In this document: positions 9,226 through 18,212 of the stretch, in pieces | Numbering within the stretch: position 1 is the stretch's first letter | Layout of the letters: each line of letters begins with the position of its first letter | DNA from: a virus | Taxonomy: Duplodnaviria > Caudoviricetes | Reading direction: 5' to 3' (one strand) | IMG/VR virus record: IMGVR_UViG_3300032320_001447 | Coordinates: 64,001 to 128,000 of that record | DNA length: 64,000 bases | Position numbers and translations under genes: made by a program | The notes under the pieces: model-generated | Database searches by the model: none | The model's input: the letters and a program-made list of their open reading frames with translations, nothing else | What the model was told of the DNA's origin: nothing

Positions 9226-10827
9226 TTATAAAAGCCAAGTTAAATCTTGTTGTTCTTTTCCCATTGGAGTTGCGATCTCTTGTTGCCATGGGTTATTACC
9301 ATAATTAGTGTAAGACTGATACATAGGACTATCTTCTCCAGCTTTTGAGAAAGCATTTAGACTAGCGTGAGTTAGACTTTCTGCTGTTCTTCTGAATCTT
9401 AAAGAAGTTTCTCTCAAATACATAGCAATCGAAAAAGCCATCACTAAGTCATCGTTGTACCCCGACATAGCTTGTTGCTTACCGTTCTTCCATATAAATA
9501 CGCGAAGCTCCTCTAATAATCTAACTGATCTTATAGTAACCGTTTTGTTTTCTATAAAGTCTCTCATCTTTTCTAATACAGAAGGTCTAACTTTAGGACT
9601 CATGGTAAATCCAGGTACCAAAGTTGCATTTCCGTAGTGCACTTGTAAATAGCTGTTTAAGTCAGCGTTGCTGTCAGATCTATGACTAAAGTGAATATTT
9701 GAGTATCCGCTCTCTACCACGCCTTGAACTACGTCCCAACCAATATTTGCGTTTTCAATTACCAATAAAGCTTGGTTGTATCTAGTTGCTATCGCTATAA
9801 GCTCGTTGGCAAATATCCTGGTGTCTGTTTGGGCTTTAAATTCAGCTACTTGTGTCAATGTCTCTGTATCTATAACATGATAAGCAGAGTAGTCCATTGA
9901 GTCTCCCCTCGCTACGTCAGCTACTACCATATAGTATGTGGTGGGTTTAGGATATTCCCAAATCCAAAGTGCTTTTTCCTGACCTTCTCTATTGATTGGC
10001 TCGGATATCATATTGGCTTCGTACCAAGTTAAAATTTCTGGAGGAATTACTGTATTACCTGAAGTAGCAAAGTCACAATCACACTCTTGAGCTGCGTTTC
10101 TAACTCCGAGATCTATGTCTTGCATATTTCTCCAATCTTGATTTCTTTCAGGGTGAACCGTCCAAGGTAACGAGATTGGTAAGAAGTTATTCTTTTGTAA
10201 TTGAGCTTCTGTGTAAGACTTGTGGAACCAGTTACCAACACCGTTAGGAGTAGATAACGCGATACATCCACCACCCGTAGCCAAGGTCATCTTAGCCGCA
10301 GTGTAGATAGTTTCAATGTTATCGATAAACGCGGCCTCATCTATTACCAAGAGCGACACGGCTTCCGAACGACCTGCGTCACCGGCTGCTGATACTGCTT
10401 TGATTTGAGAACCGTTTGTTAGTCTTAAACTTAATGCGTTGTTAGAAGTTGCTGCAGCTCCGATCTTCATCCAGTTAGGTAAGTTATCGTAAGCGAATCT
10501 AACCTTTGTAACCATGTTCTTTGCAGTGTCCTGCTTAGTCGCGATTACAAGAATATTCTTATCTTTTGAAAATACCATCATCCATAAAGAGTACGCAGAC
10601 ACTAAGGTAGAGATACCCAACTGTCTTGACTTATTTATGATTGAATCCGGATGTTTTTGAAATAGTTTTAGAACCTTTTCTTGGAACGGATAAAGGTCGA
10701 ACAGCATTCGACCTCTTTGTGGGTGTTGGATCATATAATATTTCTTCATGAAATATACAGGATCTTGAGCGCACCTTACAAACTCTTCCTTAATTCTTTG
10801 TTTTATATCGATTTGACTCTCTGACAT
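9226..10827 (-). CDS. gp17: Terminase large subunit, T4 gp17-like
   Basis: LYPFQ adenine motif, KSRQLGIST Walker A, LVIDEAAF Walker B, STPNG, DVARG..DYS nuclease motif, DDLVMA. Confidence 0.96.
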   Translation of the reverse strand: MSESQIDIKQRIKEEFVRCAQDPVYFMKKYYMIQHPQRGRMLFDLYPFQEKVLKLFQKHPDSIINKSRQLGISTLVSAYSLWMMVFSKDKNILVIATKQDTAKNMVTKVRFAYDNLPNWMKIGAAATSNNALSLRLTNGSQIKAVSAAGDAGRSEAVSLLVIDEAAFIDNIETIYTAAKMTLATGGGCIALSTPNGVGNWFHKSYTEAQLQKNNFLPISLPWTVHPERNQDWRNMQDIDLGVRNAAQECDCDFATSGNTVIPPEILTWYEANMISEPINREGQEKALWIWEYPKPTTYYMVVADVARGDSMDYSAYHVIDTETLTQVAEFKAQTDTRIFANELIAIATRYNQALLVIENANIGWDVVQGVVESGYSNIHFSHRSDSNADLNSYLQVHYGNATLVPGFTMSPKVRPSVLEKMRDFIENKTVTIRSVRLLEELRVFIWKNGKQQAMSGYNDDLVMAFSIAMYLRETSLRFRRTAESLTHASLNAFSKAGEDSPMYQSYTNYGNNPWQQEIATPMGKEQQDLTWLL

Positions 10828-11519
10828 TATTTATGCGTTGCTGCAAGGCCTAGTATTAAAAATCCCATTCCAAATTTAGTCAGCTTATTGATCTTATTTT
10901 TTCTATCCAATTTTTTAATATCGCCTTTCAAACCTTCAACCATTACTTTGTAGTTATTTTGTTGTTCTACTTGCTTTTGTATGATTGATTCGTAGTTACC
11001 CTCTTTAGTTCTTAGAGTTACAATTACTTTGTCTTTACCATTTACAGTCGATTCTAAATTAGTAATCAAGCTATCTTGGTTTAACACAATATTTCTAGTT
11101 CTGTCTAAATCTACTAAGTCAACTACTACTGCTTTAGAAACTGGAACTGGTAATATAGTTGTATCTGTAGTAGGAACTTTATATTGAGCTTCGTATCTCT
11201 TTACAAAGAAACTGTCGATCTCATGAGGTCTCATTTTTGCTGCCGCCTCTAATTCTGATCTATCTTCTTTTAGTTCTTTTACTTTACCGGATAATGTCTT
11301 AGTTTTTTGCTCTAGAACCAAGTTTTCTTGTTCTACCACTTGAATTGTAGACTCTAAACTATCGTTTTGACCGTGTAAAGAATCGATTTGAACGGCTAAC
11401 TCTTCTATCTTATTTTCATAAGATTCGGTATTAAATCTAACTTCACCGAATTCTTTATATAAGAACCAAATACATGCTAGTAAAAATACGGCAATGCCCG
11501 CTTTAATTGCTATTTTCAT
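10827..11519 (-). CDS. Membrane-anchored coiled-coil protein, spanin-like
   Basis: N-terminal hydrophobic segment with LLAC, long coiled coils, C-terminal hydrophobic segment; near endolysin. Confidence 0.5.
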   Translation of the reverse strand: MKIAIKAGIAVFLLACIWFLYKEFGEVRFNTESYENKIEELAVQIDSLHGQNDSLESTIQVVEQENLVLEQKTKTLSGKVKELKEDRSELEAAAKMRPHEIDSFFVKRYEAQYKVPTTDTTILPVPVSKAVVVDLVDLDRTRNIVLNQDSLITNLESTVNGKDKVIVTLRTKEGNYESIIQKQVEQQNNYKVMVEGLKGDIKKLDRKNKINKLTKFGMGFLILGLAATHK

Positions 11520-11548
11520 AGTTTTTTAGTTTTCTAATAAATATGTCA

Positions 11549-11773
11549 CTAAGCTTCTTCTTCCACGGAGTTATAAATACGCTTTTTGCTAATCAACGTA
11601 AATTGCGAAGCATTCATTTTAAGGCCATTTATGTAATACTCCTCTCTACCGTCAGCATAAATCATAGCTGGACCGTTTAAATTGTGAGGTTTTCTGTTCT
11701 GACCTGGATCTTGTACGTAATGGATTGTGATGCCATCAATAGTTTTCATGACACCGTAAGTAGTCTTTTTCAT
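11549..11773 (-). CDS. Small protein with HxxxGPA-(x)-EYYxxG beta-hairpin motif
   Basis: HNLNGPAMIYADGREEYYING, a common phage motif. Confidence 0.6.
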   Translation of the reverse strand: MKKTTYGVMKTIDGITIHYVQDPGQNRKPHNLNGPAMIYADGREEYYINGLKMNASQFTLISKKRIYNSVEEEA

Positions 11774-11843
11774 ATAACCAATTTAATAAATTTTCTTGAT
11801 ACTTTTTAACTAAAGTCTATGGTATGTGTACATTACTCACAAA

Positions 11844-13856
11844 CTAAAGCATTCTAAAGGCTAATTTCTTATTTTTTGGATTGTATATTGATAATGAGGA
11901 TTCGAATTCAAATTCAGCTGAAGAGAAACTTTTTAGATTAAATCTAGCGATATTCTGTTTAACATTCATCGTTAAGTACAGCTGTTTAACTTCTGATTTG
12001 CTCATTATATCGGTTAGCGCTTTTTTATAATTTTTGTTAGAATTTAAAAAAGCAACTATATAATTAATTAATGGAGAGGTAATTATTCCATAATAACCTT
12101 TAGGAGATATATCTCTCCATCTTATAGGAAAAGCTGGTTGTTTTTTAATAGATGCAAAGAAAGGGCCAAATTTCTTTTTTATAATCGCATCTTTTTGTTC
12201 GTCAGTAGTTGCAGATTTAAGTAATTTATTAAGGTAATCGTTTATAGTTTGAGCGTCAATTTTTTCAACAGGCACTTTTATAATCTGAGACAGTTTTTCC
12301 ATACCGTCTAATTTTAAAGCTTTTCCAATAGTTATAGGACCTTGAACTACGTCTTGTTGTAAAATTATTCTAAGTAATTTATATAAAGATTTTTGGCCTG
12401 GTGTGGTTAATTGTTCAGGCTTTATATTTTTTACTGTGTCTGTTATAGTTGCTGCTCCGCCTTTGTTGTATTTTGCGGATACATTAAATCCGTCTAATTC
12501 AAAATCTGCTAATGGATTGGCTTCAGCTGCTGGAAATGTGAGTCCTGATCCTGGGTCTACTACACTTTTTAATAGCGCAATTGCTCCTAAACATTCTCCA
12601 AAATCTGATCCAATCATTCCAACATCTTGTGGACTAACTTTTGTAAGAGCTTTTCTAGTTCTTTCGCTTAACGGTATTTCTTGATCGAATTTAGTAATTT
12701 CAGCTGTGTCTGCAAATTTACCTTTAGCGGCTCCTTTTAATACATCATCCACTAAACTATCTAATAATTCTTGAAGTGATTTATCATTAGTAACATTTGG
12801 TACATTTGTTTTAATTCTGCTAGCTAATGAGGTAGCAGTTTTAAATTTGCCTGTAGTAAGTCCTAGTTTATTCGGGGTTAAAGCCTTTCCTTTTGTTGAA
12901 GCGCCTTCTTTTACGGTGCTTACTATAAAAACTGATTCTCCTTTTTTATAACCATCTACGGCTTTAGTTAGTTGTACTTTATAAGTAGGATATGTACCCG
13001 ATTTGGATTCGCCTTGGTTTTTTTGAAATTCTTGTACTTTAAAAGAGTCTTTAGGTAGTAATTTACCTAGCGCTTTTTCAATTAAACCTTGAACATTTTT
13101 TGAGGTTTCAAAATTAGTTCTTAATACAGGCCCTCTATTGCCTTTGTTTTCTGGGGCCACGTTATATTTGGCGTCTGAAAGTGTTTTTTGAATCGCCTTA
13201 AATAAAGTTGAAGCTGGTAAATTTGCTTCTTTAATCAAAGCCTTTAGTATGATTGATTCTGTTAGTGGCTCGTTTTCTTCTTCCTCTGGCGTATTTTCAA
13301 CTCCAGTTTGATCTCCACCTCCGTTATTATTTCCACCACTTATGCTTCCATCGTCTTCTCCATCTGCTCTTGTTCCTTGTTCTGCTCCTTCCGGTCCTTT
13401 TGTTTTCAATGGACTGCCTTGTTGTAGCAATCGACTGATGCCCTTCATCGCTCTTTCTTTTTCTCCGATACTTGATAGATAATGTCTTTTACCTGCTATT
13501 ATGGCTTGATAGATACCATCTCCCATGTAACTTAAATAGAAGTATTGGCTATTATGTAAAACGATTTTAAAACTAGTAGGCTTAGGCGCTTGAATGAATA
13601 TTGCAGTAACGTATTCCTGAAAAGCAGGAGTCATTAACTCTTCTAATAATGTATTCAAAGTATGATACTTCTTTAGAATAAAACCCATTGGGTCTTTATC
13701 GAAAGGAGAATCAGGCTTATCGTCTTTTTCGCTAGCTCTGTTATCGACTTTCTCTTCTGCGTTGTCTTTCTTTACTTCTTTTTCTTTGTCTTTAACGTTA
13801 TCTTCTTCGTCAGCTTCTAAAAGAATGGCCTTTAATATGTGTAAATCTTTATTCAT
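11844..13856 (-). CDS. Multi-module protein, putative internal head protein; C-terminal PD-(D/E)xK-like region
   Basis: N-terminal ILKAILLE; internal ILKALIKE; DFGE...FP....NPLADF...VSAK motif. Confidence 0.5.
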   Translation of the reverse strand: MNKDLHILKAILLEADEEDNVKDKEKEVKKDNAEEKVDNRASEKDDKPDSPFDKDPMGFILKKYHTLNTLLEELMTPAFQEYVTAIFIQAPKPTSFKIVLHNSQYFYLSYMGDGIYQAIIAGKRHYLSSIGEKERAMKGISRLLQQGSPLKTKGPEGAEQGTRADGEDDGSISGGNNNGGGDQTGVENTPEEEENEPLTESIILKALIKEANLPASTLFKAIQKTLSDAKYNVAPENKGNRGPVLRTNFETSKNVQGLIEKALGKLLPKDSFKVQEFQKNQGESKSGTYPTYKVQLTKAVDGYKKGESVFIVSTVKEGASTKGKALTPNKLGLTTGKFKTATSLASRIKTNVPNVTNDKSLQELLDSLVDDVLKGAAKGKFADTAEITKFDQEIPLSERTRKALTKVSPQDVGMIGSDFGECLGAIALLKSVVDPGSGLTFPAAEANPLADFELDGFNVSAKYNKGGAATITDTVKNIKPEQLTTPGQKSLYKLLRIILQQDVVQGPITIGKALKLDGMEKLSQIIKVPVEKIDAQTINDYLNKLLKSATTDEQKDAIIKKKFGPFFASIKKQPAFPIRWRDISPKGYYGIITSPLINYIVAFLNSNKNYKKALTDIMSKSEVKQLYLTMNVKQNIARFNLKSFSSAEFEFESSLSIYNPKNKKLAFRML

Positions 13857-14455
13857 TATACTAATAGGGTGTGATACTCTTTAAAATGTTTAATTCTGTC
13901 TGGTAACCCGATAGTTCCTCCATTTACTCTCTTTGTAATCTTAGTTACTACGTCGTCTGTAGCTCCTAAATCAGCTAACTTATGCAAACCGTTCTTGTTA
14001 AAAAACCAAGCTGCAGATAACAAAGCGTATTTGTCTGCAACCACTGTTGGGTTAGCCGCTATGTCTTCGTTGATTGATTTTCCGAATGCAGTGTAGTTGT
14101 CTTTACCAGTTAATTGTATATAACCACGACCGCAATATTTAGCGCCATCTCCAGTTGACTCGGCACCGTTACCCATTCTATTGCCGTAAACCTTATTAGC
14201 AATTTTTTCAGGTTTTCTTTCATAAGCTTTAGCTGATTGTAAAGTCGGAAAGTACTTCTTAAAAATACCATTCAAACCTTTAGCAGAATAGTTTAAGTTT
14301 TCTTTTGTCAATCTAAATCCACCACTTTCGTGGCCGCATTGAGCCAAGAAATGAGCCAAACGTAGTGGAGTATTGATTTGGAATTTCTCCATTACTCCAG
14401 GAATTTGTTCAATTACTTTGTCTGGTATATGTCCTTTTAATTTATCTAGATTCAT
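13856..14455 (-). CDS. GH19 (chitinase-like) endolysin
   Basis: RLAHFLAQCGHESGGF, ENLNYS, GRGYIQLTGKDNY, SAAWFF, TKRVNGG..GL.DR. Confidence 0.93.
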   Translation of the reverse strand: MNLDKLKGHIPDKVIEQIPGVMEKFQINTPLRLAHFLAQCGHESGGFRLTKENLNYSAKGLNGIFKKYFPTLQSAKAYERKPEKIANKVYGNRMGNGAESTGDGAKYCGRGYIQLTGKDNYTAFGKSINEDIAANPTVVADKYALLSAAWFFNKNGLHKLADLGATDDVVTKITKRVNGGTIGLPDRIKHFKEYHTLLV

Positions 14456-14463
14456 GATTATAA

Positions 14464-15132
14464 TTATTTATGTTTACGTTTTACTTCCATTAAATCTTCT
14501 AAAGCAAGACCATCATTGTGTTCTGGTTGAGAATACTCGTGATAATTTTCACTTGCTTGTCTAATATAATTAGCTGCATTAGTAATATGATCTTGAATCC
14601 AAGCTGGGATATCTTTTTCGTCTTCTCCCATTTTATTCATCAATTCTCCTGCTGCAATTACAATAGATTTTAAACTATTTTGAGCCATTGAAACTTCGTG
14701 ATCCATTGCTTCAGAATATCCGTCTTCGTCATTTTTAACTGGTCCGTCAATAAGTGATGAAGGCAAAGAAGTAGCATCGCCATCTTCTTCCATATATCCG
14801 CACTCCATACACATCTTGTCTTCGTACATCATTGGAGCTCCACACTCTTTACATATATTATTTCTAGAATCCATTGCAGTCATCTCTGATCTTGATAAAG
14901 ATGGCATGGTTTCCATTGGTCTTTCTTCGTTACCAAATCTAATGCCTTCTTTCTTAGGAGCTTGCGTTTTGAATTCAGTTTTCATGCTTTTTTCAATAGC
15001 GGCGCCTCTTTTCTTTTCATAAGAAGAGATTTGTTTATCTTTGTCTAAGTCAGCTAAGTTTGGCTTCTTTAATCCTGATTTTTTGTAAGAAATTTCTGCT
15101 ACTGTTTCTTTAAGAAGGTCTTTAAGTTTCAT
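14464..15132 (-). CDS. Putative internal head protein with CxxC-CxxC Zn ribbon
   Basis: MKLKDLLKE N-terminus; CKECG...CMECG; DHEVSMA...PAWIQDHIT.AA.YI module. Confidence 0.55.
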   Translation of the reverse strand: MKLKDLLKETVAEISYKKSGLKKPNLADLDKDKQISSYEKKRGAAIEKSMKTEFKTQAPKKEGIRFGNEERPMETMPSLSRSEMTAMDSRNNICKECGAPMMYEDKMCMECGYMEEDGDATSLPSSLIDGPVKNDEDGYSEAMDHEVSMAQNSLKSIVIAAGELMNKMGEDEKDIPAWIQDHITNAANYIRQASENYHEYSQPEHNDGLALEDLMEVKRKHK

Positions 15133-15135
15133 TTA

Positions 15136-15819
15136 TTATTTCTTTTTAGATTTGCTTGCTTTTTTCCATAAACCTTTGTCTGCTTTTCTAGCTCCGCCTT
15201 TTCCAGTTACAAAAGAATTAACTCTTGCCATTGCCCACTGATGCTGTCCAACTCCAGGTCTGTGCCCAGTTTTCCAAGCAGCTAAGCCTTTATCATATAC
15301 TCCTCTTAAAACTGTTTTTGATATGCCAGTTGCTTTTGCTTTATTTGCTAATGCTTTGTCTGCGTCTCCTTCGTTGATGCTTTCGTTCTTTCCGAATCTT
15401 TTTTCGTAAGCTGAAGTGGCTGCAGATTTTTTAGTTGTGTATGGTTTCTTTTTTTCTTTGTCTGCGTAATCTGCATCCCATTTTGTGTACGCTGAAGGAT
15501 CATCATTGCTTAATTTTGCAACCCTATCGATCTCTCCTTTCATTGCAGACTTATTCTTTGTAAGATATGCCTTGTTTACCTTTCTTCCAGCTTTAGTTCT
15601 TTCTACCTCTTCTATTTCAACTCCTAATTCGTCTCTAAATTCGTTGAATTCATTATAATCCAAGCCTCTTAATTCGTTTTCTACTTCTTCTTTAGACCTT
15701 GTCTTTTGACCAGGAAATAAAGCTTTAGAAACTCTATCTGGACTCTGATCGTATAAATCTAAAATAGGTTTGATTGTCATCGAACCCATTTCTAATAGTA
15801 TGTCTTTTAATTTTATCAT
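15136..15819 (-). CDS. Putative internal head protein with basic C-terminal domain (DUF5824-like)
   Basis: MIKLKDILLE N-terminus; VYDKGLAAWKTGHRPG...QWAMARVNSF. Confidence 0.6.
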   Translation of the reverse strand: MIKLKDILLEMGSMTIKPILDLYDQSPDRVSKALFPGQKTRSKEEVENELRGLDYNEFNEFRDELGVEIEEVERTKAGRKVNKAYLTKNKSAMKGEIDRVAKLSNDDPSAYTKWDADYADKEKKKPYTTKKSAATSAYEKRFGKNESINEGDADKALANKAKATGISKTVLRGVYDKGLAAWKTGHRPGVGQHQWAMARVNSFVTGKGGARKADKGLWKKASKSKKK

Positions 15820-15820
15820 A

Positions 15821-16207
15821 TTACCATGCTTTACAAGACCAATAGTTTGCTTTCCATTTTGGTCCAGGGTTACTACAGCCGTGTCTTGCTCTGTAAGATT
15901 TTCTATGTTTAGGGAGATGCTTTTTGATTGCGACTCCTTTTTGACCGAAATTTACTTTAACAATATTTCCTTTATCGTTCTTAACATATACTGATCTCTT
16001 TTTAGGTCCATCAGGAGTTAAAAATGGTTTATTTAAAGTAACTTTTCTACCTTGATATTCGGCTTCTTCTAATTCCTCTTGCTCTTCCAAAGGAACGCAG
16101 TTAGGAACCATCCTATCACCTTTTTTCTTAGTACCCCTAGCGATATATCCTTTCCAACAAGATTTCTCTTGAAGTATTTCGTTTAATAATAGGCTTAATT
16201 TAATCAC
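15821..16207 (-). CDS. Putative internal head protein, two basic Cys-containing modules
   Basis: MIKLSLLLNE; CWKGY...VPNCVP; RKSYRARHGC...ANYWSCKAW (recurrent phage motif, DUF6321-like). Confidence 0.6.
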   Translation of the reverse strand: MIKLSLLLNEILQEKSCWKGYIARGTKKKGDRMVPNCVPLEEQEELEEAEYQGRKVTLNKPFLTPDGPKKRSVYVKNDKGNIVKVNFGQKGVAIKKHLPKHRKSYRARHGCSNPGPKWKANYWSCKAW

Positions 16208-16578
16208 TATCTTAAGTTTTCTAATTTATACTTAGTTGTTTCTATTAAAGCGACTATTTCGTCTACTTGATTTTGTATGTAAGAGTCTTGAGGTAATCTT
16301 TGTCTTACGGTTTCTACGTATTTAACCAAAGCTTGGAAGTATCTTAGAGGAGAATTGTCTTCTTTAACTGTAAAAGCTAAATCGTATCCTCTTATAATGC
16401 CGTTTCTTCCTTGAATTGACTCAACTAAAGCATCTACTAAATCAATTATGCCATCGTAATAAGCTGCAAGTGTTAAGTGAGCTGCATTAGAGCCTTCACC
16501 TGCTGCTTGCCAATGGTATACTTGAGATTGTTGGCGACTGTTTAGTAAAGTCGATACAAATTTTGCTACTTCTTCCAT
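16207..16578 (-). CDS. Ferritin/Dps-like four-helix protein
   Basis: YHWQ...AAHL.L..YYD.I..LVD.LVE..QG...IQNQVDEI...IETTKYKL. Confidence 0.75.
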   Translation of the reverse strand: MEEVAKFVSTLLNSRQQSQVYHWQAAGEGSNAAHLTLAAYYDGIIDLVDALVESIQGRNGIIRGYDLAFTVKEDNSPLRYFQALVKYVETVRQRLPQDSYIQNQVDEIVALIETTKYKLENLR

Positions 16579-17201
16579 TATTTTTTATCTTTTTTTGTTT
16601 CTTTTTCTTTCATTTTCTTTGATCTTTCAACTTTCTCAAGCTTAGTCATCAAATCATCGATCTTTGTAGCTATCATAGCGATCTTATCTTTGTGCTGTGA
16701 CGCATTCTTAGGATCTGCTTTAGCAAGATCAACGTGTTCTTTTCTTTTCTTCTCTAAAGCGTCTATAGCAGAAGAAATCTTGCCTGTTACGGCGCCTTTC
16801 TTCTCTTCCAAAGCTTCCATCTTAGTGCAATACTCTTCGTAAAGCGTTTCAGCGATAGCCATTGCTTGATCTTGGTCTGGAAATATTGCATGAACGTGAT
16901 CTACTTGATCTTGAGCGCCTTGTAAAGGGTCTAATGGAGCTACTAAAGAGCTTGCATTACAGCCATCGAAAGGCTTTTTAACCATATATAGAGTGTCTAT
17001 TGCTCCGTCTACGTTTTCTTTCTTAACTTTGGTAGGAAGTCCTTTGTGTTTTGTTGATGCGAAGTCTGTTGCCGCTTTTGGTTTCATGTCTTTTGCTACG
17101 TTTTGTGCTTTTTTTGACACATCTGATGGTTTAACCGTTCCTTTTTGTAATCCATGAACGATTCCCATGAATTTTTGTTGTTTTTTAGATACCGCTGGCA
17201 T
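16578..17201 (-). CDS. Hypothetical protein with DUF3008-like N-terminus
   Basis: MPAVSKKQQKFMG...DFASTKHKGLP; coiled-coil C-terminus. Confidence 0.6.
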   Translation of the reverse strand: MPAVSKKQQKFMGIVHGLQKGTVKPSDVSKKAQNVAKDMKPKAATDFASTKHKGLPTKVKKENVDGAIDTLYMVKKPFDGCNASSLVAPLDPLQGAQDQVDHVHAIFPDQDQAMAIAETLYEEYCTKMEALEEKKGAVTGKISSAIDALEKKRKEHVDLAKADPKNASQHKDKIAMIATKIDDLMTKLEKVERSKKMKEKETKKDKK

Positions 17202-17215
17202 TATAGAAAATTTTA

Positions 17216-17788
17216 TTAATAAATATCGGTGTTTTTCATCTCTTGTAATCTAGTCTTGATCTCTTCGTACATCTTTGTCTTGTCCCCGCCTCCCCAATTT
17301 TCTATTTCTCCAGATTCTGATACAAATGTGTCTTTTTCTTTATACCAAGATTCTACGGCCTTTTCAAAGTCAAGCAAACTAGCCAATGCATTCGCTTTAA
17401 CAATGCCTTTTTCGTATTGGTCCCATTTACCTTCCAATTTGATCTTGGCTTCCATATTAACTACGCACTCTAAACACATTTTGTGAATTGAGTACATCTT
17501 TTTGTTGGTTTCGGTGATCTTCATGTGTTTACCACAGTTAGGACAGGAGATTGGCATCACCACTAACTTTTTTATGCCATCTAATTTAGTAAGATTCTGT
17601 TTAATGCCATTCTTTATAGTCCAAGTGCGTCCCTCTTCTTCCCAAACGTCGCCTTCTGTATGATCTATATGTTTCTTTTCCCACCCCGCAAGAGTCTGCG
17701 TAGCAGCTCCTGTGTTGCCAGAGATAATGTTCCTCATTCTTTGAACATCCTTCTTGCCAAACTCTTTCTTCAAAACCGATTTTTCCAT
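17216..17788 (-). CDS. Hypothetical Zn-finger protein
   Basis: EGDVWEE.GRTWTIKNGIK; CPNC...CLEC. Confidence 0.6.
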   Translation of the reverse strand: MEKSVLKKEFGKKDVQRMRNIISGNTGAATQTLAGWEKKHIDHTEGDVWEEEGRTWTIKNGIKQNLTKLDGIKKLVVMPISCPNCGKHMKITETNKKMYSIHKMCLECVVNMEAKIKLEGKWDQYEKGIVKANALASLLDFEKAVESWYKEKDTFVSESGEIENWGGGDKTKMYEEIKTRLQEMKNTDIY

Positions 17789-17789
17789 C

Positions 17790-18212
17790 TTATTTTCTTT
17801 TTATTTCTTTTAGTATGTTTCCTAGTTTTAGGCTTTCTGATTCGTATATCTCCTCTCGCTCTTTACCGAAGTCTCTCATTAAGATTCCAGCTTTTGCGTT
17901 TGCCTCGTTTTCTATATCTGATCCAGCTTTACCACTTTCAGGCTTTAATTTGCCCAATTCGTTTTGTTTGTGGTGTACTAGTTCGTGTGCTAAAGTTCTA
18001 AGTATGTCTGCCATGTTTCTGTTTCTCATGTACACAGTCACGTCTCTTTCTCCATTTCTATATCTACCAAAACTGTGCAAGTTGGTAGCCCATCTTCTAT
18101 CAAAAACAAACTTTATCTTTGGTAAGTTCTTTATATCTAAAGCATTTTCGCAATATTCTACGAAATCTTTTAATAACGCTATTTTTTCTTTAGGTGTCAT
18201 CTTATTTTCCAA
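17790..18212 (-). CDS. Zincin-like metallopeptidase domain protein
   Basis: TLAHELVHHKQ (HExxH) plus downstream ENEAN third-ligand motif. Confidence 0.7.
   Translation of the reverse strand: MENKMTPKEKIALLKDFVEYCENALDIKNLPKIKFVFDRRWATNLHSFGRYRNGERDVTVYMRNRNMADILRTLAHELVHHKQNELGKLKPESGKAGSDIENEANAKAGILMRDFGKEREEIYESESLKLGNILKEIKRK

Noticed and set aside
7294-10827. Inteins or group I introns in portal or terminase
   Set aside because: Both are uninterrupted, of expected size, and lack evident intein splice motifs
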